Virus record (IMG/VR): IMGVR_UViG_3300009194_000010
Coordinates: 5,830-69,829 of that record
Source of the DNA: a virus
DNA: 64,000 nt
Strand: one strand, 5' to 3'
In this document: positions 9,776-19,135 of the stretch, piece by piece
Position numbering within the stretch: the stretch's first letter is position 1
How the letters are laid out: every line of letters begins with the position of its first letter
The notes under the pieces: model-generated
The model's input: only the letters and a program-made list of their open reading frames with translations
Databases searched by the model: none
What the model was told of the DNA's origin: nothing
Translations under genes and position numbers: made by a program

Positions 9776-10306
9776 TTAGGCCGGTTCCAGTTCCTGTACG
9801 GACCGTTTCCGGACGGTGGATTTCAGGATGTGAGGTTTAGATGTTACATCTTCCCACGTGACCTTGGATTGGCGAACCCCAACCAGGGGCTTTTTACGTA
9901 AGAACATTGTGTCTGGAAGTGCTACGACATGAGAACGGAAACCCGGACTGTCAGTATTGACCCACCAAAACTCTTCCAACAGAGTTCCGACCTTGCATAC
10001 TTGGAGTGGGTAGAGGTAGTCTTTATCTTCAAAATACCACCGTGTATAGGCTTTATTGATGAGGCGTTCTCGCACCTGTTCAGGGAGCAAGATTCGTTCG
10101 GGTTTCTTACGAAGGCCCATTACCTGAGACACGACTTCGGCGCGATCATAATAAATCACGTTATCTCGGGTATAGGCGAACACAAACCCCTTACCGATTT
10201 GGTTCAAGCACTTGACATGCTTATACGTCAACGTAAACGGAGACAGGGCTTTATCGAGTTCACACGCCATAGTCACATCCAGCTCTTTCTTGCTGGACTT
10301 GGCCAT
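9776..10306 (-). CDS. hypothetical protein
   Basis: 176-aa ORF, GAGG RBS. Confidence 0.7.
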   Translation of the reverse strand: MAKSSKKELDVTMACELDKALSPFTLTYKHVKCLNQIGKGFVFAYTRDNVIYYDRAEVVSQVMGLRKKPERILLPEQVRERLINKAYTRWYFEDKDYLYPLQVCKVGTLLEEFWWVNTDSPGFRSHVVALPDTMFLRKKPLVGVRQSKVTWEDVTSKPHILKSTVRKRSVQELEPA

Positions 10307-10315
10307 GGTATTTCC

Positions 10316-10771
10316 TCAAACGGGTAAGGGGATGGTATCACTGACCATTTCGCCGTGATAGGTGCGTGACATACAGGCTCGCCACAGGCCTTCGTGTGAC
10401 TCCTCAACGGTCCAGTCAATGGGAAGTTGGAGACTTCCGGATGCGGCATTAACACGGGCCATGGGTTGATCAGGTCCCATGATAATGAGTAATCGCGGGA
10501 TCTGGCTAACGTCATCAAACGCAAACCGGGTGATGCGTTTCCCGGTAACAATCAACGGTGGTGGGGTTTCCCATTCAATGGTGAGCAGTTGCCCACTGGA
10601 GTTGTGGGGACGGAATCGCAGTCGATAGTCCGCATTGAGATCGAGGTCAATGTGAGCGTCGGCGGTGCCGCTATTGTGGATCTGAAGGCTTTGTGCAACC
10701 GGATGCACCCAGCCATGTACCACAGCGTTGTAAAACCATTTCGGGGTTCCTTCTAGCAGTTTATACAGCAT
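10316..10771 (-). CDS. hypothetical protein
   Basis: 151-aa ORF, AAGGA RBS. Confidence 0.65.
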   Translation of the reverse strand: MLYKLLEGTPKWFYNAVVHGWVHPVAQSLQIHNSGTADAHIDLDLNADYRLRFRPHNSSGQLLTIEWETPPPLIVTGKRITRFAFDDVSQIPRLLIIMGPDQPMARVNAASGSLQLPIDWTVEESHEGLWRACMSRTYHGEMVSDTIPLPV

Positions 10772-10780
10772 TGGGTTTCC

Positions 10781-11305
10781 TTAAGATGGGTTGATGGTGT
10801 TAATCATACCATCGGTCAGGGTGACGACTCGGTAGGGGACTGGGGAACATATCCACGGACGAATGGTTTTTGCTTCGTCCTTCGCGGTCACGGACATTGT
10901 CCAGCATGGTGGTATCTGCAACGACTGGAAAGTCTCGGGCGACATTACGTGGGTAAAGGTAATCTCACTTCCCCCGTACGTGTAGAACACCCGTAATACA
11001 TAAACGACTTCCACACGGTCATCGTATTCGCGTATCCGTGGCTTTCCCAGTACAATGCGTAGCACCTTACCAACTGGGACATCATCGCTAAAGTCTTCTT
11101 CGTAGATAATGTTGTCAGTCGGGTGGTAGGAAACGGTATTGGGATAAAATGTCACGTGAAGGGGGCCAGAAAGATCCCAACGGCGTTCGAAACGGAACGT
11201 CACTCGACGACGATCCCGTAGTTTAACCCACCCCCGCATGGGATTAACACAACGGATCCCTGCATACACCTGGGCGGTACATGTATTTTTTAATGCAGTT
11301 AGCAT
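10781..11305 (-). CDS. hypothetical protein
   Basis: 174-aa ORF in operon. Confidence 0.65.
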   Translation of the reverse strand: MLTALKNTCTAQVYAGIRCVNPMRGWVKLRDRRRVTFRFERRWDLSGPLHVTFYPNTVSYHPTDNIIYEEDFSDDVPVGKVLRIVLGKPRIREYDDRVEVVYVLRVFYTYGGSEITFTHVMSPETFQSLQIPPCWTMSVTAKDEAKTIRPWICSPVPYRVVTLTDGMINTINPS

Positions 11306-11313
11306 GACATCAC

Positions 11314-11703
11314 CTATTTCACACGCTGACGGAAGACACGGGTCAGGGCGTGATTACCCACCACCCAGGGTTCGGGTTGGACATTCCTGATGGTCACTGG
11401 AATGCCTTTCTCTTTAAACCGTTCCTGGAGCAAGTCCACCATGCGTTCCCAGTTGAAACATGCCAGTTCCTGCCGCGTGTATTTTGAGACTACCGTACAC
11501 CGATACTTTCGGTTGTCCAAATCAACGATGATCATGTCCAGCATGTTCGGACGTACTTTATACTGACGCGACTCCGGAATAACCCGCAGCCCAGGAAACC
11601 AGTCGATGCCTCCGATCCACTCCGTCACGATATACTCCTCAACGTAATAAGGCCTGGGGTAGCGAACCCCAGGCGCATGATGTGGGTTAGAGAACCAGAC
11701 CAT
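11314..11703 (-). CDS. hypothetical protein
   Basis: 129-aa ORF overlapping the end of PhuZ. Confidence 0.6.
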   Translation of the reverse strand: MVWFSNPHHAPGVRYPRPYYVEEYIVTEWIGGIDWFPGLRVIPESRQYKVRPNMLDMIIVDLDNRKYRCTVVSKYTRQELACFNWERMVDLLQERFKEKGIPVTIRNVQPEPWVVGNHALTRVFRQRVK

Positions 11704-12628
11704 CGCCGGTCAGGTTATCGTCGATGTCCACCCGAGTACGACGCTGGCGGTAATTGCCCAGTGCCTTGTTGAGCTCGGTCTGACGTTCGGTCAGGTGGGT
11801 GAAGGTGTCCTCCACATCCGCCGTGTTGATCACGAAGTGGAGTTGTTCGGCCAGGCCAGAAGAGCTGCGCGGATACCCCACGGTAGCGTAGTACGGCGTA
11901 CCGAACGGGTTGTCCTTGTTTGGGTCCTCGTACAGGGAAGCGATTGAGATAGGTTCCACCTGTTTGGATGCTTCCTGGCGGGAGTCGAAGATAGCCAGCG
12001 CTGACAGCTGCGGCGTCACCCCGGGAGCCACCTTCTGGTACTGTACCCAGTTGGTCAGGTCCTTGGTGTCAAGTTCCTGGTTGTTCTGGCTGGTGAGTTC
12101 CCCCAGTGCTTCCAAGACGAAGAGGACCTCATCGTCGATCATCGACCGGGACACGCCAGCGGTGTTTTCATGATAGGCCATGATCACCGGCTGGCCTGAG
12201 ACCGCGGAGATGGACTCCAGAGACTTCAGGGTATTGATGGTGTTGGTCACCGCGATAGAGCTGTCGTCAGCCCCCACCACGATCACCACCGCGGGACAAC
12301 CACGTTCCAGCAGGTTCTTCTCGATCAGCGGTCCGATCACTGAACCACTACCACCGGCACCGGAAAACATCACGATGTTGAAATCACCGGGAGGGAAACG
12401 GTCGAGAATGGTTTCGACTTCCCCGATGATCGGCTCATAGTTCTCGCGGCGGTTCTTACCACTACCATCCAGACCGGCGATGTAATGGCAGATGGTGGGG
12501 TCCAGTCCTTCAGTACGGTTGGATTCGCTGGTATCGATGAAACACGCGTCGAGATGCTCGCTCATGATGCGCTGGGCGAGGTTGGTACCACAACCACCTG
12601 CCGCGTAAACTCGGGTTTTAACGGTCAT
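11687..12628 (-). CDS. phuZ: PhuZ phage tubulin (spindle protein)
   Basis: GGCGTN, IDTS, GLDGSGKNR, GAGGSGS tubulin signature, LDTKD T7 loop and C-terminal VDIDDNLTGDGLVL tail; GAGG RBS before MTVKTR. Confidence 0.92.
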   Translation of the reverse strand: MTVKTRVYAAGGCGTNLAQRIMSEHLDACFIDTSESNRTEGLDPTICHYIAGLDGSGKNRRENYEPIIGEVETILDRFPPGDFNIVMFSGAGGSGSVIGPLIEKNLLERGCPAVVIVVGADDSSIAVTNTINTLKSLESISAVSGQPVIMAYHENTAGVSRSMIDDEVLFVLEALGELTSQNNQELDTKDLTNWVQYQKVAPGVTPQLSALAIFDSRQEASKQVEPISIASLYEDPNKDNPFGTPYYATVGYPRSSSGLAEQLHFVINTADVEDTFTHLTERQTELNKALGNYRQRRTRVDIDDNLTGDGLVL

Positions 12629-12664
12629 TCTCACTACCTCTCGTGTGGGTGAAACTACATTAGA

Positions 12665-12690
12665 CATACCGTCGGGTTAGGCGGTATTTT
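12665..12690 (-). promoter_or_regulatory. phage middle-type promoter AAATAC-N15-TATG for phuZ
   Basis: AAAAATAC cgcctaacccgacgg TATG on the minus strand. Confidence 0.6.
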
Positions 12691-13867
12691 TCTTTGGGGG
12701 TGTCAAGGTATCGAGGAACGGTTCCAGTAGGTTATCAAACAGCTGTAGCGCACAATCCACCGCATGGTCAGACCGATTCGTCTCATGGGAGCTGGTGCGT
12801 TCGTGTGGGAGTTCATCACGCATCATTTCGTAGCGCTTGTATTGCGGCATCGCCCGTGTACTGTCCATCAACGGCCGTGCCCACCGGAAACATTCTTCGA
12901 TGATACGCTGAACCACGATGACCCGGGAGAACGGAGCAAGGCAACTCATTTCTGCCTCTACGTTGTAGAACACCCCCACGGTCACCGTACTGGCCATTAA
13001 CTGACTGAGGAACGTACATTCCGGTGCGGCCTCTACGGCCCAAGCCACATAATCGATGCCCAACATTTTGCAGGCGAACACCAGTGCATGTTTCCACAGG
13101 ATGTCTGGGTTGGTGGCAATGTCCAGCGATGTCGCCCCATAGGCATCGGCCCGGACCAGCCATTCCGTACCGAGTACCGAGCACCAGTTATACGCCAGTC
13201 GTTCCCATTCAGCCACCAGACCCACCCGGCGTTGACGGATCAACGTTAGACAGGACTCGACCTCCGCTTCGGTGGGGAATACCAGTTCATGCGCTGCGGG
13301 TAGAGTCAATGCATCAACATGGCCCCATTCGACATCACGTTGGTGTCGAAACCAGATCGGACCTCGATGGTGACGAGTTGGGGGGTGGCCCTCGGGACGA
13401 GGACGGAGTGCCAGTGGGATACGACATTCCCATGGGCTCGGACGGGGATCGATTACCTGGATACCGTCGGTTTGGAATACCACGCGGCGATGTTCAGGAA
13501 GATCATCGGGCTCCCAGTTGAACCAGATCCAACCGATGCCGTTGATGTAGCGTTTATTGGTTCCGGCTTCCAACGTCAACATATGGCTGGCGATGGGGGT
13601 GTCATCTTCCAGTTCCATGTTCAACCACCAACGTGTCACCAGATCATCTTTCCAAGCGTCCCACTGGATCATCTCCAACACCCGGCGGTCATAAAAATCC
13701 ACCGCCACGTCATTGAGCTTGTTGTAGAGTTCGAACGCTCCACCCTGATGATCACTTACTACCTGTCGACATTGGCTTTCCAGATCTTCCAGATGTGGGG
13801 CCAGTCTCTCCAATCGCGCCTGCACTGATTCCCCGTAGGTAACGTAGGGGATATGAATGTAACTCAT
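12677..13867 (-). CDS. hypothetical protein
   Basis: 396-aa ORF, GGAG RBS. Confidence 0.75.
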   Translation of the reverse strand: MSYIHIPYVTYGESVQARLERLAPHLEDLESQCRQVVSDHQGGAFELYNKLNDVAVDFYDRRVLEMIQWDAWKDDLVTRWWLNMELEDDTPIASHMLTLEAGTNKRYINGIGWIWFNWEPDDLPEHRRVVFQTDGIQVIDPRPSPWECRIPLALRPRPEGHPPTRHHRGPIWFRHQRDVEWGHVDALTLPAAHELVFPTEAEVESCLTLIRQRRVGLVAEWERLAYNWCSVLGTEWLVRADAYGATSLDIATNPDILWKHALVFACKMLGIDYVAWAVEAAPECTFLSQLMASTVTVGVFYNVEAEMSCLAPFSRVIVVQRIIEECFRWARPLMDSTRAMPQYKRYEMMRDELPHERTSSHETNRSDHAVDCALQLFDNLLEPFLDTLTPPKKNTA

Positions 13868-13894
13868 GGGGTTTCTCCGAATGGCGGAATAACG

Positions 13895-14335
13895 CCCTCC
13901 CCTTTTACGGGGAGGATGTCAGTATAGGGTGAGAGGGGACCTGATGTGACACAGGGCAGGTATCACCAAGCAGGAGCAGGGCCAGACCCCCTCTCATGAA
14001 CAGACCGGGGCCGGGGTAGCCAGTCGGGACCTAGCCGACCCAAGTCTGAAGTGGGATGCTACTGGTTTCACGCCATCAGCAGATTGCCGATTGGAATTGG
14101 GGTCGGATGACCCCGTGGCTTTGCCGTTATGTCACATCCCGAAACATAACCACAAAGAGGGTGGAGGTGGAACCAAGAACCCGCTGGGGAACGGGCAAGA
14201 AGGAGACCCGGCTCCACCTCCGTAAATAGCGTCGGGACTTGCTTCCTTGAGGCATGGGACTGCCCGACAGCGTCCCAGGAAGACCAGCAACGAGAGAGTA
14301 AGAGAGAACACGCTATGTCCGGAGGGACTTCTAGC
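13895..14335 (-). ncRNA. candidate large structured non-coding RNA (~440 nt, pseudoknotted)
   Basis: Own AAATAC-N15-TATG promoter (14335-14359), several 9-12 bp helices with G-U pairs only on the minus strand, terminator hairpin at 13895-13915, no credible ORF. Confidence 0.65.
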
Positions 14336-14340
14336 ATATC

Positions 14341-14502
14341 TTAAACACTCTCAGTATTTCTTCCGGCAACTTTACCGATCTCGAGGAGAATGCCGCGGAT
14401 TTCGGCTCGCCGCCGTTTACGATCTTGCTCCTGTTCCTGGCGACCTTGACGGAGTACACGGGCCATTTCCTGACCACCGGGGGTGTAGGCACCAACGCCC
14501 AT
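14341..14502 (-). CDS. 53-aa Arg-rich small protein (MGVGAYTPGG...RKRRRAE...)
   Basis: GGAG RBS; translated by hand. Confidence 0.5.
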   Translation of the reverse strand: MGVGAYTPGGQEMARVLRQGRQEQEQDRKRRRAEIRGILLEIGKVAGRNTESV

Positions 14503-14504
14503 AT

Positions 14505-14660
14505 TCAGTTCTCCGCGGTGTGTGACGTTTTGGGAAGCTCCCCTGGGGGTAGGGTCCGCCCCTTCTTCTGCGCCGCCTCACGACGCTCATGACGGCGGCG
14601 ATAGGCAGGGTTGGTCTGCATCATCCGTTCGTGGATTTCTTTGGGGAGTTGGTTGGTCAT
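14505..14660 (-). CDS. 51-aa Arg-rich small protein (MTNQLPKE...YRRRHERRE...)
   Basis: ATGA overlap with upstream gene, AAGGAG RBS. Confidence 0.55.
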   Translation of the reverse strand: MTNQLPKEIHERMMQTNPAYRRRHERREAAQKKGRTLPPGELPKTSHTAEN

Positions 14661-15826
14661 GACATAGACTCCTTATGGGATTTCATGATGGGTAAGGATC
14701 GGAATATTCCTTCAATGCGTTCCACCAGATAAGGGGAGTAGGCCAGCTTGGTTCTGAAGGTGACCATTGTCTCTTCCATGGTTTTTCCCAATGTCCCAGG
14801 GATCGGACTATGGTTTTTCATTGCTCCTTGGATGTGTACCAAAGCAGACCACAAACGAAAGAGCGACGTAGCTGCCGCTTCTTGATCCATCGCTTTCAAA
14901 ATCTTTTCGTCGTTGATCGTGCAGGCCAGCAGATAGCCGATCCAGAACGTTTCCTCGGGGTACTGTTCGAGGTGTTCTGCCACAGCACTCACAGTACAGA
15001 GTCGTGTCAACAACACCAAACCCTGTAGAATAAGTCTATCGGGTTTATAGAGCGCGTCAAACTGGGTGATCCACCCTATCGCCCAATCTGGGTCCACACT
15101 GGACAATAGTTTGCGGGCAAGGACGGTCCACTGGGCTGTAATCCCCATCCGCCAATAATCCAGTTGGTAAAACTGCTGATTGAGCGTTATACCCGATGGA
15201 CTCATAAGTTCCATGATCGCAGGCAACCCACAGTCGTCTGTCAGATACCCCCAGAATTCGCTTTTATCAGCATCCAAAGTCGGGGACATGGTTAGGTTCG
15301 TATCACAGGCAAAGCCGCGTGGCGTGAGACCCTGCTTCAATTCGGGTCGGGGGTCTGTTCTCACATGTTCCGGTAACAGCACATTCGGTCGAATGATCAC
15401 CTGGTCCGTTCCCTTTAAGGTGTGTCGGACACTGAGTAGTCGCTTACTGGTCATATAACGACCTAAATGACCGATTCCCGGGACATAAACGGCGCGGTGT
15501 GTATCAGCGCGGAAGTGAGCTAGGTCACTAAAATCGTCTTCCCCCAGTATCCATCGGTTGAACGCATCCAATGCCATTTCCCTGGCCTGTCGCTTGAATT
15601 TTCTATTCTCCAGACTGGGAAGTGATATTGCTGTCATGAGACGCATCGAGAGTTCAGTGAGATCCGTATCGTGCTGATGCCTTTCCACTGCGTCCAGAAG
15701 ATGAACCGTCTGGCGTTTCTTGAATTCATTGAACTCCCGCAAACGTTCGGTGGTTCCTTCCGATACATAGGAATGTTTAAGGCGGATGGGCCTCGTCGGG
15801 TCTTGAAGATCCTGTGACCTGAGCAT
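14657..15826 (-). CDS. hypothetical protein
   Basis: 389-aa ORF, AAGGAG RBS. Confidence 0.75.
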   Translation of the reverse strand: MLRSQDLQDPTRPIRLKHSYVSEGTTERLREFNEFKKRQTVHLLDAVERHQHDTDLTELSMRLMTAISLPSLENRKFKRQAREMALDAFNRWILGEDDFSDLAHFRADTHRAVYVPGIGHLGRYMTSKRLLSVRHTLKGTDQVIIRPNVLLPEHVRTDPRPELKQGLTPRGFACDTNLTMSPTLDADKSEFWGYLTDDCGLPAIMELMSPSGITLNQQFYQLDYWRMGITAQWTVLARKLLSSVDPDWAIGWITQFDALYKPDRLILQGLVLLTRLCTVSAVAEHLEQYPEETFWIGYLLACTINDEKILKAMDQEAAATSLFRLWSALVHIQGAMKNHSPIPGTLGKTMEETMVTFRTKLAYSPYLVERIEGIFRSLPIMKSHKESMS

Positions 15827-15836
15827 GACACTCTCC

Positions 15837-16088
15837 TTATTGTTGTGCTTCGCGCTGGCGCAGGTTGCGCTGACGCTTCCTCTCGCGCCGTGCTTCGGCT
15901 TGTGACAGACGACGTTGTACTTCAGCCTCCGACCGCGTGTCTCGTTCCCGAACCGGGGTAGGTGATGGCGTCTCTTGGATAAAGCGTTCCGGTGTCATAC
16001 CAAACATTCCTCCAATGGATAGGGCCAGACGGGCCTTGTCTCGTTTACGTTTTACCTCAGTTCCCTCAAGTGCTTCCATGTCCCACAT
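15837..16088 (-). CDS. small basic protein
   Basis: 83-aa ORF, AGGAG RBS, Arg-rich C-terminal helix. Confidence 0.65.
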   Translation of the reverse strand: MWDMEALEGTEVKRKRDKARLALSIGGMFGMTPERFIQETPSPTPVRERDTRSEAEVQRRLSQAEARRERKRQRNLRQREAQQ

Positions 16089-16139
16089 GGTGTGTTCTCC
16101 TGGTTAGCTGCATAAACCCGCTCCTTGAGGGAGCGCTGT

Positions 16140-16720
16140 TCAATGTAAAATAATACGGAACTATTACTATCCTGTGAATTCAGGGGTACCTTATCTAGGA
16201 GGGGCGGCCCTCCGGGTCCGCCGAACAGGGTTTTCGTCGCATCCGCTCCTCAACTTTTTAGTCAAATAATTTAAACCCCTCAGTATTTTTTTAATCACTT
16301 TCTCGAAGAGAAAGGAACCATCCCATCGAGGAGAGCCCGAAGGGTAAGCTCTCCTCGTTTATGCCTTCTCTGTTGGTAATGCACATCAGCCCTCCTTCGT
16401 CGGTCTTCAGTGCCCATTGGTTCATCCTTCGCCAATGGAGAACAGAGCAGGAAGAGACAAGCTCTTCCCTTTATTAACCCCAACCCCCTCCATCTTAGCT
16501 TACCTTCCCTTTGCCTTTCATAGTCCGGATCGGACAGAAGGCAAAGCGGAAGTTACCGGAAGGTCCTTCGGACGAGAGATCTTTATCATCCTAGCCAAAC
16601 GATCAGCCTTGGCTTCGCCGGCATCGGAGACATTGGGGATAGCCAAGTTAGCGGACGCATATTAGTAAAGACTTATTTGATCCCGTAGAAAATTTTAAAG
16701 GCGCGGACAAGCCGCGCCAG
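16140..16720. other. non-coding region dense in inverted repeats (candidate origin or structured RNA)
   Basis: Numerous perfect or near-perfect hairpins flanked by AT-rich tracts; no credible ORF. Confidence 0.5.
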
Positions 16721-16728
16721 TGGAGAGG

Positions 16729-17187
16729 TCAATCCTCCACCGCCTGTTTGTCGGGGTGGTACTGGTTCCACAGGGCTTCCACACCCAAGGCTCGGGCCTC
16801 GATGTAGGTCAGTTTGCTGATGGCGGCTTCACGGTCCTCCTGCAAGGGATGGTCGGCTTCGTGGTAGGCCGAGGCGTTTACTACATTAGCTAACGGACAG
16901 CTAATAACGTCGGTTCCGTACTCCACCTCCATCCAGTATGCCTGATGTTGATCTTGATGGCCGATCAACCAGTTCATGAAGTTACGAACGGCATAACGCT
17001 CGTTGTGATCTTCCTGGGTATCCGGCACATTGCTTTCGGGACACAGCATGATACTGCGAAACCCAAAGGGGGTAGTAGCCAATTGCCAGACCGCTTCGAT
17101 TCCTAACCACCTCGCTTGTGCGGCGATCTCCTTGATGTGTTTGTCTTTTGCGGTGATGATAACCGCACGATGAACGACGTGATTCAT
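16729..17187 (-). CDS. hypothetical protein
   Basis: 152-aa ORF, GAGG RBS. Confidence 0.7.
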   Translation of the reverse strand: MNHVVHRAVIITAKDKHIKEIAAQARWLGIEAVWQLATTPFGFRSIMLCPESNVPDTQEDHNERYAVRNFMNWLIGHQDQHQAYWMEVEYGTDVISCPLANVVNASAYHEADHPLQEDREAAISKLTYIEARALGVEALWNQYHPDKQAVED

Positions 17188-17213
17188 TAAGGTACCCTCA
17201 CGGTTTGTAGGAA

Positions 17214-18326
17214 TTAGACAAAACCAAAACCATGGTTGTCTAAGTCGTGGCTGATTTCTTCGTAGTTGATGGCTTCGGCCAGAGTGTAGTCACGATCCAA
17301 GGTTAGGTCACCTGGATCCTTATCCATGTACTGGCGGACATCACGGGCCTGTTGATGGCTCATTCCCTTGAACTCCAAGATCCGGAATGTTCTGCCGGGC
17401 CTCAGGAATGCAGTGTCCACTGATTTCAGGTTGGGTAGATTGGTGGTGAAGATAAGTCGAACGCTGGTTGTTGCAATACCTGAGGTGCTGTTCAGCACTG
17501 TGGACATGATTTCATTGCCTTCGGTACGCTTCATGAGCATTTGGTCGGCGTCTTCAAATACCACTACCGATCCATCGGGAAGACCCCGGAGGTAATCCCC
17601 CAATCCTTCATGTTTGTAAACCAGGGTGTGGTCAACGATGTAGAGTCTCTCGTTATCCCACCCACGACATTTTAACATGTCACGCAGGTAACTGGATTTA
17701 CCGGTACCCACGTCCCCTTGAAGCAACAGAATTTTACTTTCTGATTCAGAGAAGCCGTCCCATACTTCCTTGGGGTCGGGAAGGTTTGGATAAAACAGAT
17801 CCGGTCGCTCACAGGCTGTTGGTATAGTAATACGTTCAGGGCTACTGAATAAGGAACCAGTTCGGTTATCGATCTTGACCCGCCGTATAACAACCGAGTC
17901 ATCGGGAAGTAGGACGTTCCCCATGTAATTATAGACCGCCTCCCTGAGCGCCGCCGTTCCGTAGATACTGTATACCTCCATTATCGGATCCAGCTTTTTT
18001 ATCACCCCACCAATGCAACAGTTGTCGGCGTTACTGTAAAATAATGTTAGGAGGCTGCTTACATCCAGGCAAGTGAAGCCGAGTTCTTCTCCTAACCCTT
18101 CAAAGAGTTCCCGTTGCCTGACATGACGGTTTAAGTAATCTGAATGTTTACGCCGGTGCTCATAAACGATCTTGTCATTAGCTCCGATCCCATGGTAGGC
18201 AATAAATGCGCGGTTCGCCACACCAGAGGTGGCTAATTTGGAATACTCGACATACCGGTCCATGTCTTGATTGATCACAGCTTTGAGTGTGGTGCTCAAG
18301 TTAGGACGAAAAGCGGGATTAGTCAT
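17214..18326 (-). CDS. AAA-family ATPase
   Basis: Walker A GDVGTGKS, Walker B VVFEDAD, sensor FTTN, arginine finger DTAFLRPGR, C-terminal FGF; likely start MTNPAF. Confidence 0.88.
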   Translation of the reverse strand: MTNPAFRPNLSTTLKAVINQDMDRYVEYSKLATSGVANRAFIAYHGIGANDKIVYEHRRKHSDYLNRHVRQRELFEGLGEELGFTCLDVSSLLTLFYSNADNCCIGGVIKKLDPIMEVYSIYGTAALREAVYNYMGNVLLPDDSVVIRRVKIDNRTGSLFSSPERITIPTACERPDLFYPNLPDPKEVWDGFSESESKILLLQGDVGTGKSSYLRDMLKCRGWDNERLYIVDHTLVYKHEGLGDYLRGLPDGSVVVFEDADQMLMKRTEGNEIMSTVLNSTSGIATTSVRLIFTTNLPNLKSVDTAFLRPGRTFRILEFKGMSHQQARDVRQYMDKDPGDLTLDRDYTLAEAINYEEISHDLDNHGFGFV

Positions 18327-18393
18327 TACGTAAATCCTTTTTATGGAGTGATGGGAAAGACAAAAATGAGGAGGGGATATCCCCTCCTCATCA

Positions 18394-19080
18394 TTAGGCG
18401 TATCCATTACGATCGTTTAACCTTACTGTAATGTTTTCCAAGTTACCAGAAGGACCTTCGGGCAGGAAACCACGACCGGCGGTTTCCAGATAATGGCGCA
18501 TGGCCTTCGCCACTTGCTGGGGATCGATTTTACTCCAGAAAGCACTAGGATCGTCACAGAGGCGACTGTAAAGTTCGACCAACGGAAACTCTAGTGCTTC
18601 GGTCATACCGCTTGCCGTTGTAACCACACACTTAACGGCATGGGGTTCTCTATCACGCTCTCCCACATAGGGCTCACGAGCATATAGTCCTAATTGCAAC
18701 ATGATCGCTTCTGGATGATGTCCCAGCGCATCAGGCAATGCGTAATTACCTAGAATATGATAATCATCCACAAAGTACTCGTCGCGACCCCATACATCAG
18801 CGATTGCTCCGAACAAATCAGCCGTGACCGACTCCATGTCAAGTTTTGGGACATTGATAAAATACGTATTTAATCCTTCAGTGCTGACGTAAGCGTAGTA
18901 GGTAGCCCGCTCCCCCGTTTCTGTGTGGCGGAGATTAATTTCGAGATTAGGAAATACCGTTTTACCGAGAAACGCATTCGGTATGGCACTTTCTTTACGG
19001 AATGGATGTAGGTCCCAATCGTTGAGCTTACCTGTATGAATACATTCAAAAATCGGACCGATGGTGGTTTTCATGCTCAT
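18394..19080 (-). CDS. hypothetical protein, paralog of 37954..38610
   Basis: Shared VFPNLEI...YY(A/G)Y and Q(L/P)G(L/V)Y motifs. Confidence 0.7.
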   Translation of the reverse strand: MSMKTTIGPIFECIHTGKLNDWDLHPFRKESAIPNAFLGKTVFPNLEINLRHTETGERATYYAYVSTEGLNTYFINVPKLDMESVTADLFGAIADVWGRDEYFVDDYHILGNYALPDALGHHPEAIMLQLGLYAREPYVGERDREPHAVKCVVTTASGMTEALEFPLVELYSRLCDDPSAFWSKIDPQQVAKAMRHYLETAGRGFLPEGPSGNLENITVRLNDRNGYA

Positions 19081-19135
19081 GAAATTAACTCCTATTAGTG
19101 ACATAAAGCCCCACCATAATGGGGCTAGGATAAAA

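Noticed and set aside
13895-14335. tmRNA, RNase P RNA or the 89-aa ORF 14068..14337
   Set aside because: No tRNA-like ends or RNase P P4 consensus found; the ORF ATG is the promoter TATG and has no RBS.
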